64,000 bases of DNA from the human T2T-CHM13v2.0 reference genome, Homo sapiens. Made by a program: the position numbers and the translations under genes. Of the stretch, positions 40,111 through 54,345 are shown in pieces. The stretch lies in NCBI RefSeq assembly GCF_009914755.1, contig NC_060947.1; one strand, 5' to 3'. Positions within the stretch are counted from its first letter, which is position 1; each line of letters starts with the position of its first letter. A model generated the notes under the pieces. That model was not told the DNA's origin. It was given only the letters and a program-made list of their open reading frames with translations, and ran no database searches.

Positions 40111-40464
40111 TGCTGTGGTTTAAATGTGTCCCCCAAAAAGCATGTGTCAGAAACTTACTCACCAATGCAACAGTGTTGGGGGGTAAGAACTTAAGAGATG
40201 ATTAGGTCATGAGGGCTCCACCCTCATGAATGGGTTAATGTCACTATAAAGAGGGCTTGAGGTTGCGAGTTCCACCTCTTGCTCTTTCTCACTTCTCACT
40301 GCCCTTCCTCCCTGGGATGATGTGACAAGAAGGCCCTTGCCAGATGTCTGCCCCTCAGTCTTGGACTTCCTAGCCTTCAGAGCTGTGAGACAATAAATTT
40401 CTGTTCATCATAAATTACTCAGTCTTGGGTATCCTGTTATCACAGCACAAAATGAACTAAGACA
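40111..40464 (+). mobile_element. MaLR MSTC/D-like solo LTR
   Basis: tgctgtggtttaaatgtgtcccccaaaa...gaactaagaca; internal AATAAA. Confidence 0.82.
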
Positions 40465-42471
40465 ACTTTCTAGGAATGTCAATATTTTACCTAAATTTTG
40501 AAATGTATTGCCAAGTTTTTCAAAACATCATTTTATAATTTTCCTAATATCTGCATTCTTTATCATCCTTTTTTTGTATCTTTGGTTTTTGATCACCAAT
40601 CTTGCCAAACATTTTTATATATATTAATCTTGAGAGAAATATAGACTTAGATATTTAACTGAATAACTAAAAAGAAGAAGAAAAGAACATAATTAAAGAG
40701 ATAAGCATTCAAGAGTCTAGATTTGATGGACCTTAAGTATCTATCTACCCTCCCTTGAAATTCCTTTCATTCAGGGGACTCCAAAATATTCCCTTTTCAC
40801 TGGCCATACAGGGTAGGCTAAGTAGATGGCACAGAGACAGATTTTTTAAAAGTGCTTTTGTTCATGTTATCCTGGATAAGAATCAAAAAAGAAAAACGTG
40901 AATAGTATCATCTTGAAAATTATTTTCTCTGGTTTCCACAAATTCTTGGTCCATGGTCTCGGCTGAAGTGGCTTGAATGGCTGAGGAAGGGTGGCATGGC
41001 TGTTCCGGGGCCATAATTCTGGGAATGTAGCTCTAATTATTGGTTGGACTAATTGATTCTTCTTCACATCACTTCGGCTGGAGTTAGAATGTCTAAGATG
41101 ATTTCATTACTTACATGTCTGGTGTCAGTGCTTGGATAGCTAGAACAGCTGGATTTCTCTAGGTATCTCTGTCTCTGCATGCAGCCTGTCCCCATGACTA
41201 GCTTAGGCTCCGTCACAGTAAGCCATTATTTGAAGTAGTTTGAGGAACGTAACATGTTTCTTCTTGGAGAATCAAAATGCACATGAATACATAAAAGGCA
41301 CTGAGATGTCTATTTAACTTTCCCAAACATGTTTGACTAAGAAATTCCTTTTTAAATGTAAGACTCATTAACATCAATTCATAGAATATGCTTCCACAGA
41401 TGTTGTAGTTAACAATGCAAAGAAGACATTATAAAGTGTAATATTACAGGCAGAATCTCATTTTAAGGAGTACCATCAAACTGTTAAAATTACATAACAA
41501 GGCTACTTTCATGATTTGACTGACCACCTAATTCGAAACTGCTTTGATGATATATATACAATAAGTTTTCATGGAAGAGAAATCTTGTGTTACCAGAGTC
41601 CCTAAGTCCTTGCCCACCTATTAGTGAAAATAATGTTAAATATAATTTCTGCTTTTTAAAAGGATTTGGGTGTTTATATTTTTAACACCTATACAATGCT
41701 AAATTTTATTAATAAAATACTTCACATATTAAATTTATTATATTGAAGAGAATTTTACACTGAAGGGAATTTTTACACCTGTATATATTTATATATGTTA
41801 AATAGATATTGTCTATATTGAGATAATCTCAAGTACATTTAGATAATCTTAGCCTATCCCTTTGGCACTTTCTATAAGTCAAACCATGTTGTGATACCAA
41901 AAAAATATATGACACACCACCAGACTTCATAAACTTCAATGTTGTTTGAAATAAATGGGCTTTGCATATCTCAAACAATAATGCTGCCAAAAAAGTCTAT
42001 ATAACAAAATAGTAAATTGAATAAAACCCCAAGTCAAATGTTTCCTATAGTCAAAATATACTATGGAATGGAAGAAAATAGAAGAGCTAAATACCTGAAG
42101 CTGCAATGGAGAGAAGAGAGTAGGACTTGACTTTCTTCTTGGTAGATGTCACATAATTTGAATTGGCAGAGGAGAGAAACAAGCACCCGGTAGACAAAGC
42201 GTAATCAAAGGCAAGTGTAGTGAATCCTGTTTCCCTCTGGAAATGGAAGTTCTTACATACACTTCCACTGTTTTATGCCCTTTTCTTCCTGTCTCAACCT
42301 TCTCCTGCTTATTTGCCCCTTCATGGCTCATTGAAACCCTGTCTGGCAGCTGTGTTCATCCACCACTTGGTTCTCAGTCACCCAGAGACAACTCAAGTAC
42401 GTTCTCTTCCATTAAGAAGGCTTCCCAACAGTTGTGATCATCTTTTACAACTAGATATCATTTTGGCATCA

Positions 42472-43267
<796 letters not shown>

Positions 43268-43411
43268 TTACCATAGAAAACAACTTGGGTTGCCTCATTT
43301 CTAAAGTGAGAAAATTAAAATAGATGCTTAAAAAGTTTCCTTCAAACTATATAATATCTATGAGTCTAGGATACTCAAGGGGGAGAAAAAAATTAAAACC
43401 TGGTATGTTTC

Positions 43412-43791
43412 TGTCTTAGCTCAGGCTACTGTAACAAAATACCCTATAGACTGGGGGACTTAAACAGCAGGCATTTATTTCTCACAGTTCTAGAGGCTGG
43501 GAAGTCTGATCAGGATCAGGGTGTCAACATAGTCAGGTTCTAGTGAGTACCCTCTTTCTGGCTTGTAGATGACTGCCTTAATGTTATGTCCTCACATAGC
43601 AGAGAGAGAGAGAGAACTAGCTCTCTGATCTCTTCTTATAAGAGCACTAATCCTATCATGAGGACCCCACCTTCATGACCTCACCAAAGCCTAATTACTT
43701 TCCAAGGGCCCCACCTCTTAATACCATCACATTGGGGATTAGGGCTTCAAAATATGAGTTTTGGAAGAAAAAAATCATTCAATTCATGAAA
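43412..43791 (-). mobile_element. MLT1A-like LTR
   Basis: tgtcttagctcaggctactgtaacaaaatacc...catttatttctcacagttctagaggctgggaagtc. Confidence 0.82.
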
Positions 43792-44004
43792 GTTCCCTTT
43801 CTGAGTTTTCTGTTGTTGAATTCTACCACACTCTCAAACACACAGTATTATTAAACTGTGGTTATGTTTCCAGATGTGTTCATGCAGGCCGTAATTATGT
43901 TTACCATGGAAGTATACTTGCATTGTGCAAGCATATACATTGCTTTCCCCCTCAATAAATTTGAGCAAGTTTTCAACTGTTGTTTTCTGATGTTACGTGT
44001 ATGT

Positions 44005-44460
44005 GTGTATCAGCTAGGGGCAGATTTGGCTGAATGCAACATAAAACCCAAGCAACAATGTCTTAAACACAATACAAATTTCTTTTTCATATAATAGAAG
44101 TGTGGTGATAAGTTGTTTAGAGCTGGTATGGCAAGTCTACAGTTGTCAGAGACTGACGCCCCTTTACTCTCTGCTCTTCCATGGAGAACAGCTTCCATTT
44201 TCAAACTGCCTAATTGTCCAAGATGGCTTCTAGAGTTCCAATAATCTAGGCATCAGAAAGGAGGAAATGGAGAAGGAGAAGAAAAAGTACATTTCCCAAT
44301 TGAATCAGCACCCTTTAAGGAGCTTTCCATGGAATGCCACACAATTCTATTTACATCTTATTGGCTGCCCCTCTCTGTAAGAGAGGGTAGTTTTTAGCCA
44401 GGCACATTGTTCTCCCATTAATACAAGGTTCTGGTAATTAAGAAGGTGGGAATGGATATC
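44005..44460 (-). mobile_element. Old MLT1 (J/K-like) LTR
   Basis: tgtatcagctagggg...aacaatgtcttaaac...tccaagatggcttctagagttcca. Confidence 0.5.
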
Positions 44461-44744
44461 ATCTCTGCCATAGTATGCTTAGTAGTTAACAACATAGTAT
44501 TCTGAGTATTGAGTTCTAGATCTCTCAGGACTATTTTATAAAAGGAAAGAAACAAGAACATATTGTCTGAATCTTGCTATTGACATCAAAATAAGCTATC
44601 CCATATGTCTGCAAAGTGACTTTTTTTCATACTTTGTTAAATTTTCCATTAACTACAGAGAGTTGCCTGATTGTAAAGTTGATCTTTAGGGATCGGGAAA
44701 TGACACCACTGAGCCACTGTCCACTAAAACTGTATTTTGACTAC

Positions 44745-45115
44745 TGTTGTGTTTTGAATGTCTGTGTCCCCCGCCACCAAAATTAGTATGTATGTTGAAG
44801 CCCAATCCCCAATGTCATAGTATTAGAAGGTGGGGTCTTTGGAAGGTGATTGTGTCATGATGTCTCTGTCCTCATGAATGGAGTTAGTGCCCTTATATAA
44901 AGGACTCCAGAGAGCTAGCTAGCTAACCCCTTCAACCATGCAAGCAAGAGGGTGCCATCTACGAAGCAGAGAGGTATCCTTCATCAGACACCAAAGTTGC
45001 CATTGACTTGATATTGGACTTCTCAGCTTCCAGAATTGTGAGAAATACATTTTCGTTGTTTCTAAGTCACCCAGTCTAAAACATTGTGTTATAGCAGCCC
45101 AAATAGACGAAGGCA
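44745..45115 (+). mobile_element. MLT1A-like LTR
   Basis: tgttgtgttttgaatgtctgtgtcccc...ccccaatgtcatagtattagaaggtgggg...atagcagcccaaatagacgaaggca. Confidence 0.82.
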
Positions 45116-45549
45116 AGTGTTTGTCTTTTGATTTTTGAGGTGAAAGAATGGGCTTTCTTCAATCCACTCCACACTCTAACTTGGACTCTCTAGTTACTAG
45201 GGGTTTTCTATGGTAAGGAGAATGGCCAGGGCTAGAAGTGAAGGATACTGATGCTAATATTCTCTGTAGGATAAAAACAATGAAGTTGGCAAAATTCCTG
45301 CAGTAAAGTCAGCTATCTAGGTTTGCTCAGAATGCATTTCCTGTTTTTACTTGGAAACACCACGTCCCTTCAATTTAGTTGACTCAAGTGAGACTGGCCC
45401 CTGTCTCAGTTTGGACTTCTCCACATGCAGGCTATGAAACAAAGACTTGGGCAAAAGTGGTCAATTTGGAAGGTGATCCCAGAAGTATACCCTCAGCCTA
45501 TGCTCTCTGCCTAGAGATGTCCACTTCTTGCTTCAAAACCGTAACTCTT

Positions 45550-45815
45550 GGCTGGACGCAGTGGCTCACGCCTGTAATCCCAGCACTTTGGGAGGCCCAG
45601 GTGTGCGGATCACGAGGTCAGGAGTTCGAGACCAGCCTGGCCAACATAGTGAAACCCCATCTCTACTAAAAATACAAAATTTAGCCAGGTGTGGTGGTGC
45701 GCACCTGTAGTCCCAGCTACTTGGAAGGCTAAGGCAGGAGAATTGCTTGAACCTGGGAGGCAAAATTGAGCCAAAATTGCACCACTACACTCCAGCCTGG
45801 GTGACAGAGCGAGAC

Positions 45816-45852
<37 letters not shown>

Positions 45853-45870
45853 AAAAATAAGTAAATAAAT
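45550..45870 (+). mobile_element. AluSg-like, with a small right-arm deletion and a long poly(A)
   Basis: ggatcacgaggtcaggagttcgagaccagcctggccaac; flanks share aaaacc...taactctt. Confidence 0.92.
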
Positions 45871-46661
45871 AAAACCCACCTAACTCTTAATGTGTTTGCA
45901 CTAAATTCCCATAAAGGAGCCCTCCTACCAATAAGCCTTACAAAACTTGGGGTTTTAAGTTTGCTAATTAACCCAGGGAAAACAATTGATCCTGAAACTC
46001 CTGTGTTTGTTCATTCATTCATTTATTTGTCACTCACTTCTCTGTTTCTCTTTGTCTCCCCTCCATGAGCTATCTTGCACCTACATCTTTTTTGTCTATG
46101 AGCCATATTCTATTGTCAAAGATGGAGCATTATGTATCCCCGACAGGAAAACCAGAATTGAAAATATTCACCCCTCCCTACCATACACACATTGTGCATG
46201 TTCATAACATCTCCTACACCATACCATTAAACATTTTCTGGGTGCTGGAAGCAGCAGCAGCTGGGAAAACTTACTATTGAAAATCTCCATGTGCATGTTC
46301 AGTAGACTACACAGATGCCTATCTATATGTTTCCAGCCCTTTCTTCAATAAAGAGATCCTGACTGATGACCCCAAAATCTGGGATACTGAAATATTTTCA
46401 CCCCACACTGAAGATAACTGCACCAGGGCTCCAGCTAGTGTCATTCAAGAAGACAGACCATCCCCACCAATTGCTCTAATTACAGATTCATCAAGCAACA
46501 GTTCTTTGAGTTATTTGGTTTCCCATGAGGTTTCCTATAGGAAAGAGAATGTGCCAATAAGATGACACAAGTCTGAGTCTATGTAATAGTATTAGTTCTC
46601 TTATAAATTTATACATTGGCATTCTAGCTTATATATATTAAATTTCTGTTAGTTTACATAG

Positions 46662-47066
46662 TGTAATAGACTGAATAATGACCTCCCAAAAGATATCAGG
46701 TTCTCATCCATGAAACTTATAAATGTGACCTTGTTTGGAAAAAGGATCTTTGCAGATATAACTAAGTGAAGGATCTTGAGATAGAGGTATTATCCTGTAT
46801 TATCCAGGTGAGCCCTAAATACAATCACAAGTGTCCTTATAAGGGAAAGACAGAAGTATTGATACACATAAAGGAGAAGACAATATGAAGATGGAACAGA
46901 GAGAGCTTTGAAGTTTGGAGTGAGGCATCCACAAGCTAGGGAATACTGGCAGCCACCCAAATCTGCAAGAGACAAGGAATGAATTCCAACTTTTGGCCTC
47001 AAGAACTGTGTTTTAAGCCAGCACATTTGGGGTAATTTGTTACAGCAGCTACAGGAAACTAATACA
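46662..47066 (+). mobile_element. MLT1C/D-like LTR
   Basis: tgtaatagactgaataatgacctcccaaaagatatc...ggtaatttgttacagcagctacaggaaactaataca. Confidence 0.82.
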
Positions 47067-48529
47067 GCTAGTCTGGATAAAACCTAGAGAATCCAATCAA
47101 CTCTGGGAGCACTGACCAAATTGAGACCCTAGACCATGGTACCCTACTGATGGAATGATATTTTATGATGCTCTACTTGAGTAGCCAGCATCCTTTTCTA
47201 AATCTCTGCCTTGTTTTCTTTAGTGTCAACAGTCTTTATTATAAATTCTTATTTTATTATAAAAGGTCTTTAATTATTACTTTAAACTATCATATTAAAC
47301 TATTAATAGGAAAAAATTAGCTAAGATAGATTGAGCATTTACAATTTTCCAGGCATTCTGTTAAACACTTAGTATGTTTTCAGTGCTACCCTAGACCCTT
47401 GGGCTTGAGCTGTGTGTGAGCCTGTGCATTGGCTATCACCCATCCACATTCTGACAACAGGGTCACCTCCCATTTATGATACATGAAGTCATCAGAGGTG
47501 ATGGCAGGCATGCTTTAGCCTGTGCATATTTCCAATTCTGATATCCAGAGCAGCCATCTCAATCCTTTCTGCAAACTTTGTACTATATGTAAAACAGTCG
47601 TCCTATCTCCTCCGAGAGCTTTTGAGACTTTGGCTCTACAACACCACTGGGCCTTCCTGATCAATGTCCTCACTTTCCTTGAAAAGATGTGGTGACATTG
47701 TGCTCTTCTTGGTAGGTCTTAAGTAATGCAGGATGAGTGATGGATATTCCTTGCAAGAACAGAACCACTCTTGTTACTCAGCCCACAAGATTCTTGCCTG
47801 TCCTTCTCTCTGGTGGCAGTACATGGAAGGCCAGGGTACAGTCAAGACTGAAAGATATCATATTGTAGGAATGGAGTAATTAAAACCTGAAGAGTTCAAA
47901 AGTAAACACTGTTGGAAAATGCATTGGTTTACATTTATGCTATTCTCACATTTTTCTGCACACTCTGGGTAAGACTTGTGGCACCATAAACAACAAAACA
48001 GCGTAAGAATGTCTGACAGAGCAATTGGAAGGCAATATTCAAGGGAAGCCCTCTGAATGATAAAGTGTCACAAGTAATGATATGAAACAGCATTAAAAAA
48101 ATGGTGTTAGGAACATATAGAAGCAAGACGATCTATACCGTTTTAATATAAATAGGTTCCAAAGAGCCACGACATTGTGAATAATAACAGTATTGCTACT
48201 GATTTATGGTAGGAGATATGACGTTAACCAGGAATGGCACATTTGACAAAGAACAGAAACGATCAGCATAAAGTGGAGATTTCTGGACCTGAACCAGAAG
48301 AGATAGTGCCTGGACACTGCAAAGAATCTTCATATGCATCAATTGAATATTAAACAAATAGGTAAGTACTATTTCTCTAAGAAGTATTCTAAATATTCTT
48401 TGATAAATCATTACACTTCTTATGGACCAATGAATTTTGTAATACACTTTTAAAATCAGATTGCTTGCATAGACAAGGGCCCCATACACACAAGAAAATG
48501 TAGATCAACACTCTACAGGCAGTTCTATA

Positions 48530-48670
48530 TATATTATCTCATTTAATACAATGAAATAGGTATTATGAAACACATTTGAAAGATGGGAAGACTGAGATTC
48601 TGAAAAAAAAATTCCCAAGATCACATAGCTAGTAAGAGGTAGAACCAGATTTGAGACTCAAGTCTCCCTG
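48530..48670 (-). mobile_element. MIR fragment
   Basis: agatgggaagactgagattc...cccaagatcacatagctagtaagaggtagaaccagatttga. Confidence 0.75.
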
Positions 48671-48710
48671 AGTTATCCTGCTGACTGCATCTTTAAGAAT
48701 ACCCTACTTG

Positions 48711-49054
<344 letters not shown>

Positions 49055-49139
49055 TCAGAGAAGCATTTGCTGGGATGCTTCTGAGCTGCTTCCTACCTGA
49101 ATCACCATTAACATCACCAATACCCGACTGCTTCCTCTG

Positions 49140-50068
49140 GTTCTTTTGTTTTTGGAACGACTCCACTGAGGTATAATTTTCACACCATAAAATTGAGAAA
49201 ATATAGTAATTTTATATAGAATTGTGCAATCATCAACATAAACCAGTTTAGGAACATTTCCATTACCTGAGAAAGTTCCCCATGCCTGTTAGAAGGCCTT
49301 CATCACCAACCTTAGGGAACTACTTTCTGTCCCTATGGATATGCCTTTTCTAGAAATTTTATATAATTGGAATCATATGATATGCAGCATTTTGCACCTG
49401 GCTTCTTTCACTTAGCACAACGTTTTTGAGGTTCACACATGTTGTGGTATGTATCAGTAGATTTTTGCTTTTTATTGTTAAATAGAATTCCATTGTGTGG
49501 ATTTACCACATTTTGTTTATCCATTTACTTGTCGATGAACATTTGAATTGTTTCTAGATTTTGAGTGTTATAAATAATGCTGTTATAAACATTTGTTTAC
49601 AAATCTTTGTATGAATGCTTTTTCATTTCTTTAGCATAGATTATCTAGATGTGGAATTTCAGGGTTGTGTCGTAAGTAGAGGTTTAAGGTTTTTTTGTCA
49701 AAAAAAGCTTTACTGATAAATGACTGACATACAATAAGCCATACATATTTAAAGGGTACAATTCGATAAGTTTCGACATGTGTATACTCATGAACTCATT
49801 GGCACAATCAAGATAATGAATATATGTCATCCACAAAAGTTGTTACATGTAACCCTTCCTGACCCTTTCCCTAGGCATTCTCCAGAACACCACTGATCTG
49901 TGTTCTTTCACTATAGATTTCTTTACATCATCTAGAGATTTATATAAATGAAACCATACAGTATGTACCTTTTTAATGTCTTGGCTCTTTCACTCAGAAA
50001 AATTGTTTTGGCATTCATTGAAGTTGTTGCATGTATCAACTGTTCAGTTTTTATTACTCAATAACATT
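49140..50068 (-). mobile_element. Two stacked old L1M 3' ends (~49140-49690 and ~49690-50068; the second continues at 53380-54075)
   Basis: Typical L1M 3' motifs (ggcttctttcacttagcac...gaggttcac; aagggtacaattcgataagtttcgac). Confidence 0.7.
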
Positions 50069-53000
50069 CATTTTATTATTTTCCATTTTTAACTTTTATT
50101 TTAAGTTCAGGGTACAAGGGGAGGTTTGTTATGTAGGTAACCTTGTGTCATGGGGGTTTATTATACCGATTATTTCATCACCCAGGTATTAAGCCTAGTA
50201 CCCACTCGTTGATTTTCTTGATCCTCTCCCTCCTCCCACTCTCCACCCTCCAATAGGCTCCAGTGTCTGTTGTTCCCCCCTGTGTGTCCATGTGTTCTTA
50301 TCATTTAGCTCTCACTTATAAGTGAGAACATGCAGTATTTGGTTTACTGTTTGCTAAGGATAATGGCCTCCAGCTCCATCCATGTCCCTGCAAAGGACGT
50401 TATCTCATTCTTTTTTATGGCTATGTAGTATTCCATGGTGTATACATACCACATTTTCTTTATTCAGTCTATCATTGATGGGCATTTAGGCTGACTCCAT
50501 GTCTTTGCTATTGTTAATACTGCTGCAATTAACATACATTTGCATGTGTCCTTATGGTAGAATAATTTATATTCCTTTGGGTATATACTTAGTAATGGGA
50601 TTGCTGCCTGGAATGGTATTTCTGTCTTTAGGTCTTTGCAGAATCCTTTTGGGTTTTACATTTAAGTCTTTAAACCATCTTGAGCTAATATTTGTTTCAA
50701 TCTTCTGCATATGCTCAGCCAGTTATCCCAGCACCATTTATTGAATAGGAAATTCTTTCTGCACTGCTTGTTTTTGTCAGGTTTATTGAAGATCAGATAG
50801 TTTTAGGTTTACAGCCTTATTTCTGGGTTCTCTATTGTGTTCCATTGGTCTATGTGTCTGTTTCTGTACTAGTACCATGCTGTTTTCCTTACTGGAGCCC
50901 AGTAGTATAGTTTGAAGTTCAGTAGTGTGATGCCTCCAGCTTTGCTCTTTTTGCTTAGGATTGCCTTGGCTATTGGTGCTCTTTTTTGGCTCCATATGAA
51001 TTTCAAAATAGTTTTTTCTAGTTCTGTGAAGAATGTCAGTGATAGTTTAATGGGAATAGCATTGAATCTATAAATTGCCTTAGACAGTATGGCCATTTTT
51101 ACAATATTGATTCTTCCCATCCATGAGCATTGAATGTTTTTCCATTTGTTTATGTCATCTCTGATTTCTTTGAGCAGTGTTTTATTGTTCTTCTTGTAGA
51201 GATCTTTCACCTCCCTAGTAAGCTATATCCCTAGGTATTTTATTCTTTTTGTGGCAGTTGTGAATGGGAGTTCATTCCTGATTTGGCTATTGGTTTGACT
51301 GGTGTTGTTGTATAGGAATGTTACTGATTTTTGCACATTGATTTTGTATTCTGAGATCTTCCTGAAGTTTATCAGTTTAAGAAGCTTTTGGGCTGTAACT
51401 ATGGGGTTTTCTAGATATAGGCTCGTGTTATCTGCAAACACAGATAGTTTGACTTTCTCTCTTCCTATTTGGATGCCTTTTATTTCTTTCTCTTGCCTCT
51501 TACCCTGGCCAGGATTCCCAATACTATGTTGAATAGGAGTGGTGAGAGATAGCATTCTTGCCTTGTGCTGATTTTCAAGGGGAATGCTTCCTGCTTTTGC
51601 CCATTCAGTATAATGCTGGCTGTTGGCTTACAGTAGATGGCACTTACTATTTTGAGGCATGTTCCTTCAATACCTAGTTTATTGAAAGTTTTTAACATGA
51701 AGGGGTGTTGAATTTTATTAAAAGCCTTTTCTGCATTTATTGAGATAATCATGTCATTTTTGTCTTTGGTTATGTTTATGTGATGAATCACATTTATTGA
51801 TTTGCATATGTTGAACCAACCTTGAATCCCAGGGATAAAGCCTACTTGATCGTGGTGGATGAGCTTATAGTTGTCCTGCTAGATTCTGTTTGCCAGTATT
51901 TTGTTGAAAATTTTTGCATCAGTGTTCAGCAATGATATTGGCCTGAAGTTTTCTTTTTCTTATGGTATATCTGTCAGGTTTGGGTATCAGGATGATGCTG
52001 GCCTTATAGAATGAGTCAGGGAGGAGTCCCTCTTCCTCAACTTTTTGGAATAGTTTCAGAAGGAATGGTACCAGCTCTTACTTGCACATATGGTAAAATG
52101 TAGCTGTAAATCCATCTGGTCCTGGTTGGTAGGTTATTTATTACTGATGAATTTTAGAGTTAGTGGTCTGTTCAGAGATTCAACTTCTTCCTGGTTCAGT
52201 TTTGGGCAGGTGTATGTGTCTGGGAATTTATCAGTTTCTTCTAGATTTTCTAGTTTATGTGCATAGAGGTGTTCATAATACTTTCTGATGGTTGTTTGTA
52301 TTTCTGTGGAATCAGTGGTAATATTCCCCTTTCGTTTCTGATTGTGTATATTTGAATTTTCTCTTTTCTTCTTTATTAGTCTAGCTAGCGGTCCATTTTA
52401 GGATTTTTTTCAAAAAACCTGCTCCTGAATTCGTTGGTCTTTTGTATGGTGTTTTGTGTCTTTATCTCCTTCAGTTCAGCTCTGATTTTGGTTCTTTCTT
52501 GTCTTCTGCTAGCTTTGGGATTTGTTTGCTTTTGGTTCTCTAGTTCTTTTAGTTGTGATGTTACTTTGTTAACTTGAGATCCTTCTAACTTTTTGATGTG
52601 GGCATTTTAGTGCTATAAATTTCCCTCTTAACACTGCCTTAACTGTGTCCCAGAGATTCTGGTATGTTGTATCTTTGTTCTCATTAGTTTCAAAGAACTT
52701 CTGGATTTCTGCCCTAATTTCATTATTTACCCAAAAGTCATTCATGAGTAAGTTATTCAATTTCCATGTAATTGTATGGTTTTGAGTGAATTTCTTAGAT
52801 TTCATTTCTAATTTGATTGTGCTGTGGTCCGAGAAATTGCTTGTTATGATTTCAGGGTATTTTGCATTTGCTGAGAAGTGTTTTACTTCCAATTATGTGA
52901 TCCCTTCTTGAGTATGTGCCACATGGCAATGAGGAGAATGTAGATTCTGCTGGTTTTGGGTAGAAAGTTATGTAGATCTCTATCAGGCCCATTTGATCCA

Positions 53001-53379
53001 GTGCTGAGTTCAGGACCTGAATACTTTTGTTAATTTTCTGTCTCAATGATCTGTCTAATATTTTCAGTGGAGTGTTACAGTCTCCCACTATTTTTGTGTG
53101 GAAGTCTAAGTCTCTTTAAAGGTCTCTGAGAACTTGCTTTATGAATCTGGGTGCTCCTGTGTTGGATGCATATATATTCAGGAGAGTTAGATCTTCTTGT
53201 TGAATGGAACCCTTTACTGTTATGTAGTGGTTTCTTTGTCTTTTCTAATCTTTATTGGTTTAAAGTCTGTTTTGTCAGAAACTAGGACTGCAACCTCTGC
53301 TTTTTCCTGTGTTCCATTTGCTTGGCAGATTTTTCTCCACCCCTTTATTTTGAGCCTATGTGTGCCATTGCATATGAAG
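50069..53379 (-). mobile_element. 5'-truncated L1PA (PA11-13-like) with internal deletions
   Basis: ORF2 peptides 50869-53402 including EN ([17 protein letters not shown]) and RT ([13 protein letters not shown]); TSD ct(c/g)aataacatt at 50057-50068 and 53380-53391. Confidence 0.9.
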
Positions 53380-53469
53380 CTGAATAACATTTGTTTACCC
53401 ATTTACCTGTCATTGAATATTTGGGTTTTTTCCACCTTTTGACTATTACACATAAAGCTGCTATAACAT

Positions 53470-53585
53470 TCATATACAAGTCTTTGTATTGACATAAAAT
53501 ATACAAGTCTTCATATTGACGTATTTCATATACAAGTCTTTGTATACAAGTCTTCATATACAAGTCTTTGTATTGACATATTTCA
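53470..53585. repeat. Mosaic local tandem duplication (5 copies of tacaagtctt)
   Basis: Read directly. Confidence 0.9.
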
Positions 53586-54077
53586 TCTTCTTTGGGTAAA
53601 TACTTACGGGTAGAATGGCTGGGTCGTGTGGTAGGTGTATGTTTAACATTTTATAAAACTACCAAATTGTTTTCCAAAGTGGATACACCATTTTACATTC
53701 CAATTAACAGTATTGAGAACCCCAGTTCCTCTACAACTTCACCAACACTTGGTATAATAAGTCTATTTTATTTTAAACATTTTAAAAGGTCTGTAGGAGT
53801 ATCTCATTGTGGTTTTAACTTGCATTTCCCTAATGATGGTGAGCATCTTTTTGTATGCTTACTTGTGATCCATCTTTCTTCTTTGGTGAAGCTTTTGTTC
53901 AAATCTTTTACCCATTTTTAATCGGGATGTTTGTTTTCTCATTGTTCAGTTTGGAGAGTTATTTATATATTCCAGATACCAGTGCTTTGTTAGATATATA
54001 TGATTGGCAAATATTTTCTCTCAGTCTGTGCAGTATCTTTTCCTCTTCTTAACAGTGTCCTTCAAAGAGCAGGAGAA

Positions 54078-54290
54078 TTATTTTTTTTAATTTTTAATTT
54101 TTGTGAGTACATAGTAGGTGTAAATATTTATGGGGTACATGAGATGTATAAAAATCATATCATGGAAAATGGGGTGTCCATCCCTCAAGAATTTATCTGT
54201 TGTGTTACAAACAATCCAGTCATACTCTTTTAGTTATTTCAGTATGTACAATTAAATTATTTTTGACTATAGTCACCCTTTTGTGCTATC
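54078..54290 (-). mobile_element. L1MA 3' end fragment
   Basis: tttttgtgagtacatagtaggtgtaaatatttatggggtacatgagat...gactatagtcacccttttgtgctatc. Confidence 0.8.
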
Positions 54291-54294
54291 CAGT

Positions 54295-54345
54295 TGTATT
54301 AGTCCATTTTCACACTGCTATAAGATACTACCTGAGACTGGGTAA
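54295..54345 (-). mobile_element. ~50-bp terminal remnant of an antisense MST/THE1D-type LTR
   Basis: tgtattagtccattttcacactgctataagatactacctgagactgggtaa. Confidence 0.75.

Noticed and set aside
40920-41240. Possible old MLT1 LTR
   Set aside because: Too diverged to bound or classify by eye.
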